The notes under the pieces were generated by a model that worked only from the letters and a program-made list of their open reading frames with translations, made no database searches and had not been told where the DNA came from. Positions 27,409 to 36,270 of a DNA stretch of 64,000 nt are shown here, in pieces. The stretch is from an uncultured Clostridia bacterium (lineage in GTDB: Bacteria > Bacillota > Clostridia > TANB77 > CAG-465). Position 1 is the first letter of the stretch, and the number at the start of each line of letters is the position of its first letter. The position numbers and the translations under genes are program-made. The stretch is taken from positions 4,247-68,246 of the forward strand of contig CALXJG010000002.1 of the NCBI GenBank assembly GCA_944388565.1, given 5' to 3'.

Positions 27409-27768
27409 ATGATTGTAGCAACTTTATATGATGAAAAAAATGAAATGATAAAAGAAAAGGTTGATAAATTAAAAGAATATACTATTACATCTGACTATTT
27501 AAAAGAGTATACTTTTAAATATATTAATAAAATAAATGCTAATAGTAGATATGATATATGCATTATATTATCTAATGAAATTGATCAGATAAATAAGTAT
27601 ATAAGTAAAATTAAAGATTTAAAAAAATGTATTATAGTGACAGGTGTTTTAAGTGCAGATCATGTATTAGCATGTATAAATATAACAGACAATTTAAGCT
27701 ATCTAAATAGTCCACCAAATGTTATTTTAGAAAAGGTAATAAAAGTTTATGAGGAAAGAAACTTTTAA
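27409..27768 (+). CDS. hypothetical protein, possible degenerate receiver-like fold
   Basis: 119 aa with a strong SD (AGGAGGT). It has an alternating beta/alpha pattern (IVATLYD, DICIILSNE, CIIVTG). No acceptor Asp is evident. Confidence 0.4.
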   Translation: MIVATLYDEKNEMIKEKVDKLKEYTITSDYLKEYTFKYINKINANSRYDICIILSNEIDQINKYISKIKDLKKCIIVTGVLSADHVLACINITDNLSYLNSPPNVILEKVIKVYEERNF

Positions 27769-28324
27769 ATACATTATTCTAATTATTTGTTGTTTATGTG
27801 TAATGATTTTTACTTTTATTTTAAAAGAAGGTTTGTATAACATAAAAAAAGAAGATAAAAGTTTTATAAAAAATAAATATATAGATATTGGTGTTGGTAT
27901 AGAGAATATGTATTCTAATAGATATGTTGATATTTCTAAAGAAAAACAGCAAGTAGTAGTAGGTAATAATAAAAATGAAGTTGATAATGGCTATTTTGAT
28001 ATAAAAATTTTAAGTGATGGAAAAATTAACGTATATATAAATAAATTGTTTAAGGATAAATTTAGTAATGAGAATTTAATAGATTATATATATTTAGATG
28101 AATTGATAAATAGTTTAAATAAAATATTTAATATGAACTTAGATGATGAGGCTATTAATAATATAAAAAAACTAGTAGGGGACAAATATATTAAGTTAAG
28201 GGAAACAGAAAATGTTGATAATGTGAATAAAAGCATAAAAGAAGAAATAATAATGGTGCAAAATTATAGTATAAAATTAGATTATATGGATAATATGCTA
28301 ATGTTGGCGATTAATGAGGTGTAA
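27749..28324 (+). CDS. hypothetical N-anchored protein
   Basis: 191 aa with one TM helix (YIILIICCLCVMIFTFIL). It overlaps the previous gene by 20 nt. Confidence 0.5.
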   Translation: MRKETFKYIILIICCLCVMIFTFILKEGLYNIKKEDKSFIKNKYIDIGVGIENMYSNRYVDISKEKQQVVVGNNKNEVDNGYFDIKILSDGKINVYINKLFKDKFSNENLIDYIYLDELINSLNKIFNMNLDDEAINNIKKLVGDKYIKLRETENVDNVNKSIKEEIIMVQNYSIKLDYMDNMLMLAINEV

Positions 28325-29924
28325 TGTGAGAAAGATAGTATTTAAATATATAATTTTTTTATCTTTTTTATTTATATTTAAAAGTAAGTGCCTAGGAGTA
28401 AGTGATAGTTTTAAATTTATAATAGATACTATAGGTATACCGCAGTATAATGTACTTGGTGATGAAATTAATGAAGAAATATATAATGCATATAATTTAT
28501 TTGTATATTCAAATCCACTTGCCATGTATTCTAGAACTGCTACTCAAAGATTTAAAGAAGTAAAAGATAATGGAAAATGGTGTGAAAATGGAGGAAGATA
28601 TTGCGGTTATGGAAAAAGAGGTGAATATAATGTATTAGGTGTTAGTTATAGCGGTTCAATTATAAATAATGTATATTTTCCTGTTGACAATGTTCCAGAA
28701 GTTACTCCAGATTATTGGAATTTTATATTAGTTCCTGGTGCATATGAATCTTGGCAAGATACTAGCAAATATAAATACAATGAGCAACTAGAATATATGA
28801 AAAATACAAAATTGTTATTTGATAAGATTGACTATAAAAATAATATATCTGACTCATATAATTTAGTGGAGTATAATCTATCATCTAATTCTATAGGATT
28901 AAATAAAGCAAAGCTAAATGTCTCTTCTACTTGGAAAACGGGAGGTATTATAACAGTAAGAAGAATAAATAATAAAGGAGAAATTAGAGTTGCAACTATG
29001 GCTACTAAACCTATGGCGGCAAATGCAAATGTTAAGTCAAATTTAAAAGTTGATAATAAACTAACTTTAAAAAGAGGAGAGAAGATTAAAATACCGATTA
29101 CTTTTGGAGCAGAAGCAATAAATTTAAATGAATATGCCAAAGTAGAACATATAAAAAAGATTGTTTCAACAATATATATAGATGATGTAGAAGTATCTAA
29201 AGTTGAAGGGGGGAGAGCTAAAGATATTAAAAAATCTATAATATATAATTTAGAAAATGAAAAGTTCAATAATTCTGGTACCTATAACATTAATATTAGA
29301 GTATCTAGTTATCTATATACAGATTTTTATGTTGATGGCTTAATGCAAGATACTATAGAAAAAAATATTACCATACAAATAGAAAAAGAAGAAATAGTTC
29401 CAGTAGAAAAAATTGATGTAAAAGTACTAGAAAAAGAAAATAATGATTATATAATTAGAGATTTTATAAAAAATAAAGATACTTTAAATAATTCAGTAGG
29501 ATTGATACAAAATTCTAAATATATTGCTATTAATGTAAAGTATGATGATAGATTAGAACAAAAAGAAGAAATTAAGGTATATATTAATGATAAAGAAGTT
29601 AAAATTGAAAAGATAAAAGAAAATCTAAATTGTATAATATATAAAATTAAATTAGATGGATGTAAAAATACATTACTCGGATGGAGTGAAAGTAGAAATA
29701 GAAGTAAAAATTATTTTAATATAGATTTTGGAAAAATAGGAAGTAGAATTAATGAGCCAAATTGTATAAAAATAATAAATATTAGTGATTCTAAAGAGTA
29801 TGAAAATAAAATTTATTTTGATGTAATTGATGATTATAAATTAAATATAAACTATATTTTAAATAATGTTTTAAATAAGGATAGTCTTAATAATAAAATT
29901 AGATTAGATGAATGGATAATATAA
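28314..29924 (+). CDS. large secreted hypothetical protein
   Basis: 536 aa with a signal-peptide-like N-terminus (IIFLSFLFIFKSKCLG). An alternative GTG start at 28326 follows GAGGTG. The uninterrupted ORF in AT-rich DNA argues for real coding. Confidence 0.6.
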   Translation: MRCNVRKIVFKYIIFLSFLFIFKSKCLGVSDSFKFIIDTIGIPQYNVLGDEINEEIYNAYNLFVYSNPLAMYSRTATQRFKEVKDNGKWCENGGRYCGYGKRGEYNVLGVSYSGSIINNVYFPVDNVPEVTPDYWNFILVPGAYESWQDTSKYKYNEQLEYMKNTKLLFDKIDYKNNISDSYNLVEYNLSSNSIGLNKAKLNVSSTWKTGGIITVRRINNKGEIRVATMATKPMAANANVKSNLKVDNKLTLKRGEKIKIPITFGAEAINLNEYAKVEHIKKIVSTIYIDDVEVSKVEGGRAKDIKKSIIYNLENEKFNNSGTYNINIRVSSYLYTDFYVDGLMQDTIEKNITIQIEKEEIVPVEKIDVKVLEKENNDYIIRDFIKNKDTLNNSVGLIQNSKYIAINVKYDDRLEQKEEIKVYINDKEVKIEKIKENLNCIIYKIKLDGCKNTLLGWSESRNRSKNYFNIDFGKIGSRINEPNCIKIINISDSKEYENKIYFDVIDDYKLNINYILNNVLNKDSLNNKIRLDEWII

Positions 29925-29925
29925 T

Positions 29926-30345
29926 ATGTTAATTCTAAAAAAAGGTAATATAGAAGTAACTTTTCTTTCTATGATATTTGTATTTTTAATAATAGTATTA
30001 ATGACAGTATATTTTTTACATATGCAGATAAACTTACAAATTTATCCGATTAAGCAAGACATTTTCTACATCGTACAAAATTCATATTTTTCTATGGATA
30101 TTAATGAATTAGCATTTAATAATTATGTTGTAGATGAAAAAATATTAAAAGAAAAAATACAAAATTTAATAAATATAAATTATGACAATGTAGTAATTGA
30201 ACAACTAGAATTTGATAAAAATATAAAAAAAGTAAAAATAAAGTTAAAAGTATCTGTGTCACCAATAATATTAAAAAATTATATTGGAGATATAAATATA
30301 ATGGTATATGATGAAATTAAGTTAAAGACAATGGATGTGAATTAA
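29926..30345 (+). CDS. TadE-like pseudopilin-type protein
   Basis: 139 aa. A short leader ends in KKGN and is followed by IEVTFLSMIFVFLIIVLMTVYF. Confidence 0.4.
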   Translation: MLILKKGNIEVTFLSMIFVFLIIVLMTVYFLHMQINLQIYPIKQDIFYIVQNSYFSMDINELAFNNYVVDEKILKEKIQNLININYDNVVIEQLEFDKNIKKVKIKLKVSVSPIILKNYIGDINIMVYDEIKLKTMDVN

Positions 30346-30749
30346 TGTATAAAAATAATAAAGGAAATACAATAGTTTCTGCACCACTTATATTATTTTT
30401 TTCAGTAATAGTTATAGTTCTTATTGGTTATTTTTTCATAAATTTAATTATTCCTTTTATTTTATATGAAAAGTTAAATAGCATTTCACAAAAGTATATG
30501 TATATAATAGAAAAATATGGTTATTTAACAGATGAAGAAAATGAAAATTTAATTTTTGATTTGAGTAAATCTGGATTTGATATTAATAATGTAGTAGTTG
30601 AAGCTCCTAAAAGACATACTACATATGGTGAGCTTATACAATTTAGCATAAAATATAAGTTTAAATATATTATACCTGTTTTTTCAACTAATACTAAAGA
30701 GGAAATGATTGAAATTGTAGTTAATAAAGTGAGCTATTGTAAGATATAA
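30345..30749 (+). CDS. TadE/DUF4320-like pseudopilin-type protein
   Basis: 134 aa. The leader MYKNNKGN is followed by TIVSAPLILFFSVIVIVLIGYFF. Its start overlaps the previous stop. Confidence 0.4.
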   Translation: MYKNNKGNTIVSAPLILFFSVIVIVLIGYFFINLIIPFILYEKLNSISQKYMYIIEKYGYLTDEENENLIFDLSKSGFDINNVVVEAPKRHTTYGELIQFSIKYKFKYIIPVFSTNTKEEMIEIVVNKVSYCKI

Positions 30750-30750
30750 A

Positions 30751-30778
30751 AATACAACTCACAAATGTGAGTTGTATT
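30751..30778. terminator. bidirectional terminator between the pilus-like cluster and mecA
   Basis: ATACAACTCACA-aa-TGTGAGTTGTAT 12-bp stem. Confidence 0.55.
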
Positions 30779-31400
30779 AAATTGTTTTTAACTTTTGTAA
30801 AGCATTATTTGCTATTATTAATTTTCCTTTTTCTTTTATATATGTTTCATATAAGTCATAAGAGTAGTAGTTATTGCAATACTCAGATAAGAAAACATAT
30901 GTCTTTAAGAATTTTGGATTTTTAATAGATGATTTACTAAAGATTATGTAGTATAAATCATTTAATTTATATAAACTATTTTTTCCAAAAAATAAATTTT
31001 CTGCTTTAGCTTTTTCACAAATTAAAAGAATATTATCTATATTTTGGAAAGAATATACGTTACTATCAACAGTATATTTTATATTATTTGAAATTTTTTT
31101 CTTGCTATGAACTCCCTTTGATTCAATTAGAGAATATTTTTTTAAATCGGGTAAGTCTTCAACTTTTGTTATAGTTACAATGAATAGATTATTATTATCA
31201 GAACTTGCTTCGATAAAAAGATGTGAATCATCGATTACAAATTCGCTATCAAGGTTAGATTCTTCAAGTAAGTCTATAAATAAGTCTTTAGCAATTGTAG
31301 AATTTTTTTCGATATCGCTTAAAGATATTTTTCTTTTTTCTAATTCTTCAAATGTAAGGGTGATTCTTACTTTATTATCACTTAATTTTTCTACTTTCAT
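30777..31400 (-). CDS. mecA: adaptor protein MecA
   Basis: The N-terminus MKVEKLSDNKVRITLTFEELEKR... is typical of MecA. The 207-aa size and two-domain layout also fit. Confidence 0.8.
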   Translation of the reverse strand: MKVEKLSDNKVRITLTFEELEKRKISLSDIEKNSTIAKDLFIDLLEESNLDSEFVIDDSHLFIEASSDNNNLFIVTITKVEDLPDLKKYSLIESKGVHSKKKISNNIKYTVDSNVYSFQNIDNILLICEKAKAENLFFGKNSLYKLNDLYYIIFSKSSIKNPKFLKTYVFLSEYCNNYYSYDLYETYIKEKGKLIIANNALQKLKTI

Positions 31401-31590
31401 ATAAAAAACCTCCCAACTTGTTATATATAATACCTTATATTAGTATATGTATTATATAATTAATCGGTTACATTGTCAATATCTTTAAAAACTATTAAGT
31501 TAGATATAGTATTAGTATTTCTATTTATAACAATAAATATCAATAAAATCATATTTATATATAAAAATTGATATAAATTAACATAAAATG

Positions 31591-31619
31591 TTGATTATCT
31601 AAAAAAATTGTGATATAAT
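31591..31619 (+). promoter_or_regulatory. sigma-A-type promoter of rpsF-ssb-rpsR
   Basis: TTGATT, 17-nt spacer, TATAAT with an upstream TG (extended -10). Confidence 0.55.
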
Positions 31620-31625
31620 TCTACA

Positions 31626-31687
31626 AGTTAATTTCCTTACCCTATATTTTTATAGGGTCAGATGTCCACGGGGAGGTGAGTGAAGTC
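31626..31687 (+). promoter_or_regulatory. rpsF 5' leader with hairpin (possible S6:S18 autoregulatory leader)
   Basis: An ACCCTATA-ttttt-TATAGGGT hairpin lies immediately upstream of the GGGGAGGTG SD. An S6:S18-binding leader is known upstream of rpsF in Firmicutes. I could not verify a match to that motif. Confidence 0.3.
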
Positions 31688-31972
31688 ATGAATAAATACG
31701 AATCAGTTATAATTCTTTCTGCTAATGCTCCAGAAGAAGCAACAGTTGCTTTTGGTGAAAAAATGAAAGAATTAATATCAGCAAATGGCGAGCTTACAAG
31801 TGTAGAAGAATGGGGTAAAAAGACTTTAGCATATGAAGTTAAAAAACAAACTGAAGGTTACTACATACTATTTACATTTGACGCTAAGCCAGAATTCATC
31901 GCTGAATTTGAAAGAATTTTAAGATTAGATGAAATTGTTTTAAAACACATGGTTATAAGAAAAGATAAATAA
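31688..31972 (+). CDS. rpsF: 30S ribosomal protein S6
   Basis: MNKYESVIIL... and a conserved S6 core, in the rpsF-ssb-rpsR order. ATG 31688 follows GGGGAGGTG. Confidence 0.9.
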   Translation: MNKYESVIILSANAPEEATVAFGEKMKELISANGELTSVEEWGKKTLAYEVKKQTEGYYILFTFDAKPEFIAEFERILRLDEIVLKHMVIRKDK

Positions 31973-32010
31973 TAAATATAGAACAAAAAGTTCTTTGAGG
32001 GGGAAATTTA

Positions 32011-32433
32011 ATGAATAAATTCCAATTTATGGGGAGATTAACAAGAGACCCAGAGACAAGGGTTATACCTAATTCAAATACTCAAGTTACAACTTTTTCT
32101 ATAGCAGTAAATAGAAGATTTGCTGATCAAAACGGTGAAAGAAAAACAGACTTTTTCAATTTAACTGCTTTTGGAAAATTAGCAGAATTCTGTTCTAAAT
32201 ACTATAGAAAAGGACAACAGGTATTAGTCGAGGGAAGAATTCAAAACAGAACATGGGATGATCAAAATGGTCAAAAAAGATATGCTACAGATTTTATAAT
32301 TGAAAATGCATATTTTGCTGATTCTAGAAGAGATAATGATTCTTCTATGAATATGGATAATAATGCTTCTCTTTCATCTACAATTGATGGAGAATTCATT
32401 ACTATTGATGATACAGATGACCTACCATTCTAA
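32011..32433 (+). CDS. ssb: single-stranded DNA-binding protein
   Basis: OB-fold N-terminus ([10 protein letters not shown]) and an acidic C-terminal tip ending DDLPF. Confidence 0.9.
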   Translation: MNKFQFMGRLTRDPETRVIPNSNTQVTTFSIAVNRRFADQNGERKTDFFNLTAFGKLAEFCSKYYRKGQQVLVEGRIQNRTWDDQNGQKRYATDFIIENAYFADSRRDNDSSMNMDNNASLSSTIDGEFITIDDTDDLPF

Positions 32434-32462
32434 TAATTTTATTGAAGGGAGGATTTATAATA

Positions 32463-32723
32463 ATGGCTGATAACAAAAATTCTAAAAAAGGTAAAAACGA
32501 TAAAGCTTTTAGAAGACCAAGAAAAAAAGTATGTACTTTTTGTGTTGAAAAAATCGACGATATAGATTACAAAGATGTAGAAAAATTAAGAAAATATGTA
32601 AGTGATAAAGGTAAAATATTACCAAGAAGAGTTACTGGTACTTGTGCAAAACATCAAAGAAAAGTAACTGAAGCTATAAAAAGAGCAAGAACAATTGCTT
32701 TATTACCATTTACAGTAAAATAG
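32463..32723 (+). CDS. rpsR: 30S ribosomal protein S18
   Basis: [11 protein letters not shown]...[33 protein letters not shown]. The start is ATG 32463. Confidence 0.9.
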   Translation: MADNKNSKKGKNDKAFRRPRKKVCTFCVEKIDDIDYKDVEKLRKYVSDKGKILPRRVTGTCAKHQRKVTEAIKRARTIALLPFTVK

Positions 32724-32731
32724 TATATTTA

Positions 32732-32766
32732 ATTTGGGATGTGTTTTTTGTATCCCAAATTTTTTG
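32732..32766 (+). terminator. intrinsic terminator after rpsR
   Basis: TTTGGGAT...ATCCCAAA stem followed by TTTTTTG. Confidence 0.65.
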
Positions 32767-33110
32767 TTTGTGGCAGTTCAATTACTGGAAATTGCTATGT
32801 GGATTGTTTCACTTATTGCAAGCTTTTTAGATTTACTACTAAAAAAGCAATATTCCCCAATAGTTTTAGGTGTATTAGTAGTAATAATTGATAGTACAAT
32901 AGCTGCAAATTGTGGAATACAATATTTATTACAACGTGGATAGTTGGGCGATTGATATATATAATTGATTTTTGTAGAAAAATTATTAAAAATAAGGATG
33001 ACTGAGAATTTTTTAGTCATCCCTTTAATATATAATATATAAGTATGTTAAAATCAATTAAACACATCATTTTTTTATAATTATTTATTAAACTGAACTA
33101 TACTTATTTA

Positions 33111-33614
33111 TTATCTGACATCTAGTAATATCTTTGATATTTTCCAACTATTATTACTGTACTCTACTAGATAATTTCTCATATTTGAATTTTGTCTTCC
33201 TACAGAATAGACTACATTAATAATAGCTTTGTTATGTGATAATGAATTTACATCTGTGCTTATTGATATAGATATACCATCTAGGTTATGAGTGGTATCA
33301 TTATTTACAGATAACAATTCATCTTTACTTTTATCATAAATAACTTCATTATATTTTTTTGCGTATTTTAATATTTCTTTTTTTGCATAATCAGACAGTT
33401 CTTTTTTATTTAATGGATCAAGTGTTTTATCTAAATATATAGATAGATATTCATAATTATTTCCTAAATCATTTTTTAATGTTTCATCAATTATTAGATT
33501 GTATAATTTAATAGCTGCACTTTCGTTTCCATTAAGTTTAAACCTATATAGTACAAAAATGCAAAATAATATTGCTATAATAACAAATATAATTATTAAT
33601 ATTTTATTTTTCAT
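33111..33614 (-). CDS. hypothetical N-anchored protein
   Basis: About 167 aa with one TM helix, then a soluble domain. AAGGAG lies upstream. Start is 33614 or 33623. Confidence 0.55.
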   Translation of the reverse strand: MKNKILIIIFVIIAILFCIFVLYRFKLNGNESAAIKLYNLIIDETLKNDLGNNYEYLSIYLDKTLDPLNKKELSDYAKKEILKYAKKYNEVIYDKSKDELLSVNNDTTHNLDGISISISTDVNSLSHNKAIINVVYSVGRQNSNMRNYLVEYSNNSWKISKILLDVR

Positions 33615-33792
33615 AAAAATCATAACTCCTTTTGTATATTAAGAATTATATAATGGTACAAAGAAACTTAAATACATTATATAATTTTTAAATTAAAAAA
33701 TCCAGTCAAAGTTGTTAAATTATACTGTATAAAAATAAAATCACCTTGTAACTTATTGTTTCATACAATATTTTAAGAGGTGATTTTATTTT

Positions 33793-34671
33793 ATGGAGAC
33801 TTTTAAAGTGGGAGATATAGTAGCAAGAAAATCATATAATTATGATGTGCTTTTTAAAGTTACAAAAATAAATAGTAATGGAATAATAGATCTTGCGGGA
33901 CTAACTGTTAGAATAATTGCTGATGCTCCTGAATACGACTTGAAACATATAAGCAAAGAAGAGATGGAAAAAAGGATATTAAATACAGAAAAAAGTAGAA
34001 TGGCAAGAATAAATAGATGTTATATGAATATGAATAAAAAAATAAATGGATACAATAATCTAAGAGAGCAAATATCAGTAGACGATAGTCCAAATATTTT
34101 TAAGAAAGAGTCAATCTTAAAAAAGCCAGGAATTGTTTTACATATAGATGGCGATCCTGAATATACCAATAAATGTAGAGAAAACTATAAAAAAATGGGA
34201 GTCACTGCTTATACGTATAATATTCCTGAACAAGAACAATATAAACAAATATATTCATTATTACAAAAAATTAGACCCAATATTTTAATACTTACAGGGC
34301 ATGATGCTTTTATAAGGAAGAAAAATGATATATATAATATAGATAATTATAAAAATTCAAAATATTATATACAAGGAGTACTAGAAGCAAGACGATATGA
34401 ACATAATTTAGATAATCTTGTAATATTTGCAGGAGCTTGCCAAAGTTATTATGAAGCTATTTTGTCAGCCGGAGCAAATTTTGCAAGTGCACCAAAAAGA
34501 GTTTTAATTGATATGATGGATCCACTTATAGTTGCACAAACAATAGCATATACACCGGTGGATGATTTTGTGCCAATTGCAAATATAATAAGTAATACAA
34601 GAGAGGGAATAAGTGGAATTGGAGGAATACAAACTAGAGGGCAATATAGAACAGGGATGCCAGGACTATAG
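33793..34671 (+). CDS. yabG: sporulation-specific protease YabG
   Basis: An SH3-like N-terminus FKVGDIVARKSYNYDVLFKV, then LTGHDA...GACQS motifs typical of peptidase U57. Confidence 0.8.
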   Translation: METFKVGDIVARKSYNYDVLFKVTKINSNGIIDLAGLTVRIIADAPEYDLKHISKEEMEKRILNTEKSRMARINRCYMNMNKKINGYNNLREQISVDDSPNIFKKESILKKPGIVLHIDGDPEYTNKCRENYKKMGVTAYTYNIPEQEQYKQIYSLLQKIRPNILILTGHDAFIRKKNDIYNIDNYKNSKYYIQGVLEARRYEHNLDNLVIFAGACQSYYEAILSAGANFASAPKRVLIDMMDPLIVAQTIAYTPVDDFVPIANIISNTREGISGIGGIQTRGQYRTGMPGL

Positions 34672-34737
34672 AAATGTAGTCCTTTTTTCTGTAATACATA
34701 CTATTAAAATATAATATATTATATTGAGGTAGTTGTT

Positions 34738-35817
34738 TTGAAAAAGAAAATAAAAGTTATATTTCAAATTTTATTTGTTCTTACTATATTGTTGTTATTT
34801 TTCAGTATGAATTATATAATAGAAAAGCCATATAAACATATATCTGTAAATAGTGAAGAAAGTTCTAATACAGATGATTCTAGTAATGAAGAAAATAAAG
34901 AAAAAAGTTATATAAAATGGGTGGAATTTAATATAACATTTGAAGCATTAGATAAAGCTGCTAAATTAGATATATCATCACATGTAAATAATGAAGAAGT
35001 AAAATTAAACTGGATTGAAATACTAGCATATATTTCAACAAAATATGGAGGAGATTTTAAAAAATATAAAACTAAAGATGTAGATGAATTAGTGGAAAAA
35101 TTGAGAAATGGTGATACTATAGAAAATCTAACTAAAGACATGAAAAATTATTCGTACTTTTATGAAAGTATAGAAGCAGTATTAGGACAATATATAGGCG
35201 ATTATTCTATTGAAGAAGAAAATGAAAATGGTGAAAAATCTTTCGTTCAAAAATATGGAATAAAAGTATTTTCGCCTATTGCAAAAGGTTATAGCTACAA
35301 TCATTATGATGATTTTGGAGCCTCTAGATCATATGGATATAAAAGAATACATCTAGGACATGACATTATGGGGAGCATAGGAACTCCTATAATAGCAGTT
35401 GAATCTGGAATAGTCGAAGTCGCTGGATGGAATCAATATGGAGGTTGGAGAATTGGTATTAGAAGTTTTGATAGAAAAAGATATTATTACTATGCACATT
35501 TAAGAAAAGATCATCCATTTGCAAAAGATTTATATGAAGGTAAGACAGTAGAAGCGGGAGATGTTATAGGTTATCTTGGAATGACTGGGTATAGTGCAAA
35601 GGAAAATGTAAATAATATAGATGTACCACATTTACATTTTGGTATACAATTAATATTTGACGAATCACAAAAAGAAGGAACTAATCAAATATGGATTGAT
35701 TTATATAATATAACAAAATTTTTAAGTAAAAATAAATCTGAAGTTTATTTAAAATACCCAGATACCAAAGATTATGAAAGAAAAATTAATACTATAGATG
35801 GAAACAATTGGGATTAA
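34738..35817 (+). CDS. M23-family metallopeptidase
   Basis: HLGHDIMG...GTPIIAVESG...YAHL...PHLHFGIQ motifs with an N-terminal anchor. TTG start after GAGGT. Confidence 0.8.
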   Translation: MKKKIKVIFQILFVLTILLLFFSMNYIIEKPYKHISVNSEESSNTDDSSNEENKEKSYIKWVEFNITFEALDKAAKLDISSHVNNEEVKLNWIEILAYISTKYGGDFKKYKTKDVDELVEKLRNGDTIENLTKDMKNYSYFYESIEAVLGQYIGDYSIEEENENGEKSFVQKYGIKVFSPIAKGYSYNHYDDFGASRSYGYKRIHLGHDIMGSIGTPIIAVESGIVEVAGWNQYGGWRIGIRSFDRKRYYYYAHLRKDHPFAKDLYEGKTVEAGDVIGYLGMTGYSAKENVNNIDVPHLHFGIQLIFDESQKEGTNQIWIDLYNITKFLSKNKSEVYLKYPDTKDYERKINTIDGNNWD

Positions 35818-35849
35818 AAAAAGAACCGGACTTTTCCGATTCTTTTTAT
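35816..35849. terminator. imperfect bidirectional hairpin between the M23 gene and rpsT
   Basis: AAGAACCGGA-cttt-TCCGATTCTT (one mismatch), flanked by A and T runs. Confidence 0.45.
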
Positions 35850-36100
35850 TTATTTAATAATTTAGCAAGACTAGCTTTTTTTCTGCTAGCTGTATTTCTA
35901 GCTAAAACTCCCTTTGACCATGCTTTATCTACTAAGCTTACAGCTTTTGTATATAATTCATTAACATCTTTACTATTTTCTTTTACAGCGCTTTCAAAAG
36001 CTTTTATAGCTTCTTTGTATGCTTTTTTAGTAGCTCTGTTTTGTGCAGTTTTAGTTTCAATTACTTTAACTCTTTTTTTAGCAGATTTTATATTTGGCAT
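35846..36100 (-). CDS. rpsT: 30S ribosomal protein S20
   Basis: MPNIKSAKKRVKV... is the canonical S20 N-terminus. Confidence 0.9.
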   Translation of the reverse strand: MPNIKSAKKRVKVIETKTAQNRATKKAYKEAIKAFESAVKENSKDVNELYTKAVSLVDKAWSKGVLARNTASRKKASLAKLLNK

Positions 36101-36238
36101 ATTGCACCTCCTTATGGCAAACTAATATTATTACCTGTTCATTTTAACATAAGATTGTAAAAAAAGCAAGTGTTAATCTAAAAAAATACAAAAATCTAGG
36201 TAAACTAATTAAAAAATGATATATATAAACAAAAGAAA

Positions 36239-36265
36239 GTAGCGAAGAATATTATTCTTCGCTAC
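36239..36265 (-). terminator. intrinsic terminator after the ThyX-like gene
   Basis: GTAGCGAAGAAT/ATTCTTCGCTAC 12-bp stem, followed on the minus strand by a T-rich tract. Confidence 0.6.
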
Positions 36266-36270
36266 AAACA

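Noticed and set aside
28832-29269. 145-aa minus-strand ORF inside the 536-aa gene. This also covers similar antisense ORFs at 48-323, 729-947, 2531-2875, 3973-4425, 12747-13256, 16989-17357, 17572-17913, 40274-40985, 57447-57875 and 62553-62882.
   Set aside because: These are shadow ORFs opposite well-supported genes. None has an SD or a recognisable motif.
25624-30749. Interpretation as a comG-type competence pseudopilus operon
   Set aside because: There is no ComGA-like ATPase. The pilin is Flp-sized without the FTLxE N-methylation motif. A CpaB-like SAF protein is Tad-specific. A DNA-uptake role remains only a speculative possibility.
32734-32943. 69-aa plus-strand ORF after rpsR
   Set aside because: It begins inside the rpsR terminator hairpin with a non-ATG start and no SD. 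A tiny membrane peptide cannot be excluded, but there is no positive evidence.
35808-36125. 105-aa plus-strand ORF
   Set aside because: It is the mirror frame of rpsT, which is unambiguous on the minus strand.
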